A stretch of 32,000 nucleotides of DNA from Geotalea uraniireducens Rf4. GTDB taxonomy: Bacteria > Desulfobacterota > Desulfuromonadia > Geobacterales > Geobacteraceae. Below, piece by piece: positions 28,546-32,000 of the stretch (positions within the stretch are counted from its first letter, which is position 1; each line of letters starts with the position of its first letter). The position numbers and the translations under genes were made by a program. The notes beneath the pieces were generated by a model that saw nothing but the letters and a program-made list of their open reading frames with translations, ran no database searches and had not been told where the DNA came from. The stretch is taken from contig NC_009483.1 of assembly GCF_000016745.1 (NCBI RefSeq), positions 420,001 through 452,000 on the forward strand. Reading direction: 5' to 3'.

Positions 28546-28561
28546 TGGCACTGCTGTTGCT
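28546..28561 (+). promoter_or_regulatory. Sigma54 (-24/-12) promoter of dctA
   Basis: TGGCAC-TGCTG-TTGCT has exact GG/GC spacing and a near-perfect match to TGGCAC-N5-TTGCW. It lies 80 nt upstream of the ATG at 28641. Confidence 0.7.
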
Positions 28562-28640
28562 AAGTAGAACAGTATTGTATTTTCATTTGCCAGCGCTTGC
28601 ATGAGCAAATTAAATTTAAGGATTACGAGAGGAGTCGGAC

Positions 28641-29954
28641 ATGAAAAAAAAGTTTTATCAACATTTGTACTTCCAGGTTTTACTTGCCATTACGGTAGGT
28701 ATGCTGCTGGGGAATTTTTACCCCGAAACCGGCGTCGCAATGAAACCGCTAGGTGACGGTTTTATCAAGCTGATCAAGATGATCATCGCCCCGATCATTT
28801 TCTGCACGGTGGTAACGGGCATTGCCGGGATGGAGGACATGAAGAAGGTCGGCCGTGTCGGCGCCAAGGCGCTTCTGTATTTCGAGGTGGTGACCACCTT
28901 TGCCTTGGGCATCGGCCTCCTCGTGGTGAGCGTCATCGAACCGGGTGTCGGCTTCAACGCCAATGTGGCCACATTGGACACCAAGGCCTTGAATGCCTAT
29001 ACGTCGGCGGCAAAGTCGCACGGTGTGACCGATTTCCTGCTGAACATCATTCCCAGCAGCGTCGTCGACGCCTTTGCAAAGGGTGATATTCTCCAGGTGC
29101 TTCTCTTTGCCGTCATGTTCGGCTTTGCCCTCTCCGCTTTAGGCGCGAGGGGAAAAGGAATCTACCGGTTCATCGACCAGCTGTCCCACGTGCTGTTCGG
29201 CATTGTCGGCGTTATCATGAAGGCAGCGCCGATCGGCGCCTTCGGTGCCATGGCCTTTACCATCGGCAAATTCGGCATCGGTTCGCTTTCCCAGCTAGGC
29301 TTGCTGATGGGGAGCTTTTACCTGACCTGTCTGCTCTTCGTCTTCGTTGTCCTGGGCACCATCGCCCGCATATGCGGCTTCAACATCTTCAAGTTCATCC
29401 GATACATCCGGGAGGAACTGCTCATCGTCCTCGGAACTTCGTCGTCCGAGTCGGCGCTGCCCCGCATGATGGCCAAGCTGGAAAAACTCGGCTGCACCAA
29501 GTCGGTGGTCGGGCTGGTGATCCCGACCGGTTATTCGTTCAACCTTGACGGCACTTCGATATATCTGACCATGGCGGCGATTTTCGTTGCCCAGGCAACC
29601 AACACTCACCTTACCTGGACGCAGAAGCTGACCATTCTCTTTGTCCTGCTCCTGACTTCCAAGGGGGCTGCCGGCGTTACCGGCAGCGGCTTCGTCACCC
29701 TGGCGGCCACCTTTGCCGCAATCCCCACCATACCGGTTGCCGGCCTGGCGCTCATCCTCGGCATCGATCGCTTCATGTCCGAAGCACGCGCCCTTACCAA
29801 CCTCGTCGGCAACGGCATTGCGACGGTGGTCGTTTCAAAATGGGAGAACGAACTGAACGAGGAACAGATGCAGCGGGTGTTGAACGGCGAGGTCGAAGAT
29901 GTGGCTGACGACGAAGAACCGGTGTTCGATGATGCGGAACCGGTAGCAGACTGA
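28641..29954 (+). CDS. dctA: C4-dicarboxylate / cation symporter (DAACS family)
   Basis: 437 aa starting [24 protein letters not shown], with ...[11 protein letters not shown]... and a polytopic topology typical of DctA. The SD is GAGAGGAG. Confidence 0.93.
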   Translation: MKKKFYQHLYFQVLLAITVGMLLGNFYPETGVAMKPLGDGFIKLIKMIIAPIIFCTVVTGIAGMEDMKKVGRVGAKALLYFEVVTTFALGIGLLVVSVIEPGVGFNANVATLDTKALNAYTSAAKSHGVTDFLLNIIPSSVVDAFAKGDILQVLLFAVMFGFALSALGARGKGIYRFIDQLSHVLFGIVGVIMKAAPIGAFGAMAFTIGKFGIGSLSQLGLLMGSFYLTCLLFVFVVLGTIARICGFNIFKFIRYIREELLIVLGTSSSESALPRMMAKLEKLGCTKSVVGLVIPTGYSFNLDGTSIYLTMAAIFVAQATNTHLTWTQKLTILFVLLLTSKGAAGVTGSGFVTLAATFAAIPTIPVAGLALILGIDRFMSEARALTNLVGNGIATVVVSKWENELNEEQMQRVLNGEVEDVADDEEPVFDDAEPVAD

Positions 29955-29981
29955 CCGCGCAACGATCATCCAGGGGAAAAG

Positions 29982-30010
29982 AGGGCCGCTTTCGGATTGG
30001 AAGCGGCCCT
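29982..30010. terminator. Bidirectional intrinsic terminator
   Basis: AGGGCCGCTT-N9-AAGCGGCCCT forms a 10-bp stem. It is T-rich on the plus side (TTATCGTTTC) and reads CTTTTCC on the minus side. Confidence 0.7.
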
Positions 30011-30072
30011 TATCGTTTCAGGGGAGGTTCATTTCATGTCGGGCAGGCGGATAGTTTGCCGGGGGGGGGCGC

Positions 30073-30234
30073 TCATCTCCGCCGGTAGGCACGGGCAGAG
30101 ACCCGGGCGTAGCGAAGGTACCAGCGGCATTTGTCCGTCACCCGCGTTACCATGCTGAAACAGATGATGAGGATAAAGAACGACCAGAAAATCATGACAC
30201 TGATAAATTTGGGCGCTACGGTTTCATAGTTCAT
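30073..30234 (-). CDS. Possible small membrane protein (53 aa, one TM helix plus a very basic tail)
   Basis: MNYETVAPKFISVMIFWSFFILIICFSMVTRVTDKCRWYLRYARVSARAYRRR, with a GGGGGAG SD directly upstream. It sits between two terminators. There is no homology evidence. Confidence 0.3.
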   Translation of the reverse strand: MNYETVAPKFISVMIFWSFFILIICFSMVTRVTDKCRWYLRYARVSARAYRRR

Positions 30235-30316
30235 AACTCCCCCCATGTGATGGTCCCGCTGCTGGAAACGCCATTCGACGGCACTGATAACAGGCAGGGC
30301 AGACCGCAAATTGCTG

Positions 30317-30355
30317 AAAAAATGGACCGATATGGCATGTATACCGTATCGGTCC
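30317..30355 (-). terminator. Rho-independent terminator of the Prx-like gene
   Basis: The minus strand reads GGACCGATA-N14-TATCGGTCC (9-bp stem), followed by ATTTTTTC. Confidence 0.65.
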
Positions 30356-30487
30356 AGCGGGAAAATACTTTAAAATTGCGCCGGTGCAGATGCTTAAAGG
30401 CAGGGGGGTGCTGGGAGATGACTGCTTCAGCCGGACGGATGGCTGATTGATTGCAGAGACGGGCCGTAGAGAGGATGAAAATACTTC

Positions 30488-31168
30488 CTAAACCCTTTGC
30501 AATTGCTGTAGCGAGTCGAGGATGGCTGCGGGCTCAAGGCGGTTGGTGTAGTCCGCATTGACAAAGGCGAGGCGGATCGTCGCCTTCCGGTCGATGACGA
30601 ACGTTCCGGGGAGCGGCAGTTCCCAGGATTCATCACCGTTGTACTCGGGCAGATGGACGCCGAAGCCTTGATAAATGGAGCGCATCTCTTCGGCAATGGG
30701 ATAGACGAGGCCGAATTGCCGGGCGACCTTGTTCCCGAGATCGCTCAGCACCTCGTATTCGAGGAAGTTCTTTAACAGGGTCGCCTGGGATCGGTCCGGG
30801 GTCTGCGGAGAGATGGCCACAAGCGTAGCGCCGAGTGTCAGGATCTGAGGGAGGATCTTCTGGTAAGCCCGCAACTGCAGGCTACAGTATGGTCACCACG
30901 CTCCCCGGTAGAATGTTGCCACCACCGGCCCGGCGTTCAGCAAGCCATGGAGCTGCACCTCTTTGCCGACGGCATTGGGGAGGGAGAAATCGGGCGCCTT
31001 TTCTCCCGGTTTCAGCGCCCGGTCGGCAATACCGGATTGCACCAGCTCCATGGTCGCCTTGCGCATGGCCGCCACCGTATCCGGGGGGAGTTTCGCAAGA
31101 TTTTCATCCTGGAGCCTTTGCAATTCAGCTTGCAATTCCGGATTGATTCCTTCTTGCCCGGTTGTCAC
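30488..31168 (-). CDS. Peroxiredoxin-like (AhpC/TSA, PRX_like2-type) protein with an in-frame UGA; probable selenocysteine protein, 226 aa
   Basis: Track ORFs 30893..31168 and 30488..30874 share one frame and are separated only by TGA (30895-30893) plus six sense codons. Read through, the junction is ...GPVVATFYRGAW-U-PYCSLQLRAYQKILPQ...VAISPQTPD..., so the UGA replaces the first Cys of the family W-C-P-x-C motif. GTG start at 31168 with an AGGGGG SD. Confidence 0.8.
30863..30885 (-). promoter_or_regulatory. SECIS-like hairpin downstream of the UGA
   Basis: The mRNA reads UGA-CCAUACU-GUAGCCUGC-AGUU-GCGGGCUUAC, giving about 9 bp with one bulged U and a GU in the apical tetraloop. The loop lies about 20 nt after the UGA. 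Confidence 0.55.
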
Positions 31169-31180
31169 GATAACTACCCC

Positions 31181-31349
31181 CTAGGAGCCTGTCGGACTTA
31201 GGAATGAATCTACTGCGAGAACGGAAAATCGGTCCATATTCCCGGAAATTTTCGACGAATAGGTCCACTATTAGCTCTCAAATTTCCGAAAATCTGTCCT
31301 CGATTTGCCATTCTCTCGTTACGATTCCCTAAGTCCGACGGGCTCCTAG
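31181..31349. repeat. ~170-bp rod-like imperfect palindrome (a MITE-like element or a structured 5' leader)
   Basis: The terminal arms CTAGGAGCCTGTCGGACTTAGGAAT (31181-31205) and ATTCCCTAAGTCCGACGGGCTCCTAG (31324-31349) pair at 23 of 25 positions (22 Watson-Crick plus one G-U). Internal sub-stems continue the pairing: CGAGA.../...TCTCG, AAATCG/CGATTT and CGGAAATTT/AAATTTCCG. Confidence 0.75.
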
Positions 31350-31367
31350 TTTGTGGAGATTACACCA

Positions 31368-31395
31368 ATTATATACCCTGCTCTCCGGCTGGCAA
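31368..31395 (-). promoter_or_regulatory. Putative sigma70 promoter of the selenoprotein gene
   Basis: The minus strand reads TTGCCA-N16-TATAAT (-35 at 31395-31390, -10 at 31373-31368), about 15-20 nt upstream of the palindromic element. Confidence 0.5.
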
Positions 31396-31440
31396 TAGCG
31401 GCATCCGCCGACGAAGGTAAAAAGGATGTCCTGCACAGCG

Positions 31441-31474
31441 ATAAAAAGTCCCCGCCAAAAGGCGCGGGGACTTT
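31441..31474 (-). terminator. Rho-independent terminator of the Fn3-like repeat gene
   Basis: A GC-rich hairpin AGTCCCCGC.../...GCGGGGACT, followed on the minus strand by TTTTTAT. Confidence 0.6.
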
Positions 31475-31528
31475 GTCAGTCCGGCTCGGTTTAATGGTCG
31501 CCTCCATATGTAATACATCCGGGACAGG

Positions 31529-32000
31529 TCATTTGCGGTTTACCACAATGCTGCTTGACACTTTCCAGGCACTGTCGGCGTAACCTGTCTTGGTCGCCTT
31601 CACCCTGAAGGTGTACGTTCCTCTTGCTGGGACAGTGAGATTCGCCCAGGTGTAAGGCCCTCTGAAGGCGGAGGTATAGGCGCCGTTGTCCTTGCTGTAC
31701 TCCAGAACGTAGGTCACCCCGCTAACATTGCTGCGGCTCCAGCTTACCTGGAAACTCCCCGTGGTGCTGCTCGCCGGCACGCTGATCGAGGCGGGGGCGC
31801 CGCAGATCAATGTTACCGAGCAGCTTTTGGTTGCCGAGTAGGCGCTGTCGGTGTAACCCGTCTTGGCCGCCTTCACCCTGAAGGTGTATGTCCCGCTGGC
31901 GGGGACAGTAAGGTTCGCCCAGGTGTAGGTCCCTTTGTAGGCGGAGGTGTAGGCGCCGTTGTCCTTGCTGTACTCCAGAACGTAGGTCACCCCGCTGACA
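31529..32000 (-). CDS. C-terminal end of a tandem Ig/Fn3-like repeat protein (partial; continues beyond the window)
   Basis: There are two 91-aa repeats (TYVLEYSKDNGAYTSA..GTYTFRVKA.KTGY.DSA...). The reading frame stays open to the window edge, and the M at 31990 in the track is internal. Confidence 0.7.
   Translation of the reverse strand, partial: VSGVTYVLEYSKDNGAYTSAYKGTYTWANLTVPASGTYTFRVKAAKTGYTDSAYSATKSCSVTLICGAPASISVPASSTTGSFQVSWSRSNVSGVTYVLEYSKDNGAYTSAFRGPYTWANLTVPARGTYTFRVKATKTGYADSAWKVSSSIVVNRK
31546..32000 (-). repeat. 273-bp in-frame tandem repeat (at least 1.7 copies visible)
   Basis: GCCGTTGTCCTTGCTGTACTCCAGAACGTAGGTCACCCCGCT occurs at 31682 and again at 31955, an offset of 273 bp. 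The copies are roughly 85-90 percent identical by eye. Confidence 0.8.

Noticed and set aside
28347-28604. ORFs 28347..28532 (minus) and 28365..28604 (plus) upstream of dctA
   Set aside because: They overlap a strong terminator and the sigma54 promoter, have no SD, and have implausible composition. The region is better explained as regulatory.
31353-31583. 76-aa plus-strand ORF between the prx and Fn3-like genes
   Set aside because: It spans a promoter, a terminator hairpin and the 3' end of the Fn3-like gene on the other strand, and it has no SD.

Overview
This is a 32 kb chromosomal window. Gene content suggests a Geobacter-like deltaproteobacterium (Desulfuromonadales), which is an inference; composition looks moderately GC-rich by eye. 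Most of it is ordinary core genome. It holds a heme operon (hemC partial, hemA, a ccsA/hemX-like gene, a sirC-like gene) divergent from trxA plus a ResA/TlpA-like gene. It also holds uvrC, a DEAD-box helicase, a flavodiiron protein, priA, a CZB-type chemoreceptor and a B12-radical SAM enzyme. Further genes are a YprB-like exonuclease, a heme-c sensor diguanylate cyclase, a DUF1499 protein and a sigma54-driven dctA. No rRNA, tRNA, CRISPR array or intact IS/transposase was seen. Five things stand out. (1) A peroxiredoxin-like gene (30488-31168, minus) is split in the ORF track by an in-frame TGA at the active-site Cys. A SECIS-like hairpin lies just downstream, so it is probably a selenoprotein. 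(2) Its 5' leader is a roughly 170-nt rod-like palindromic, MITE-like element flanked by CTAG, and one arm abuts the ribosome-binding site. (3) An AT-rich insert of about 1.7 kb carries a secreted RCC1-repeat protein with a G9 tract. It is bracketed by a decayed copy and the intact copy of the priA 5' end, next to an MntA antitoxin whose HepT partner is truncated. (4) Two convergent, uncharacterised envelope operons each contain a LysM protein. One encodes a roughly 1030-aa TPR / TolA-like / four-beta-sandwich protein with six near-identical 168-bp repeats. The other encodes a receiver-like domain fused through one TM helix to an unknown periplasmic domain. This is my best candidate for an undescribed system, but the link between the two operons is inference only. 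(5) Several promoter and operator sites are readable directly, including sigma54 for dctA, sigma28 for the MCP, and a perfect 9-bp inverted repeat over the radical SAM promoter. All calls come from reading the sequence and the ORF track. No database search was run.
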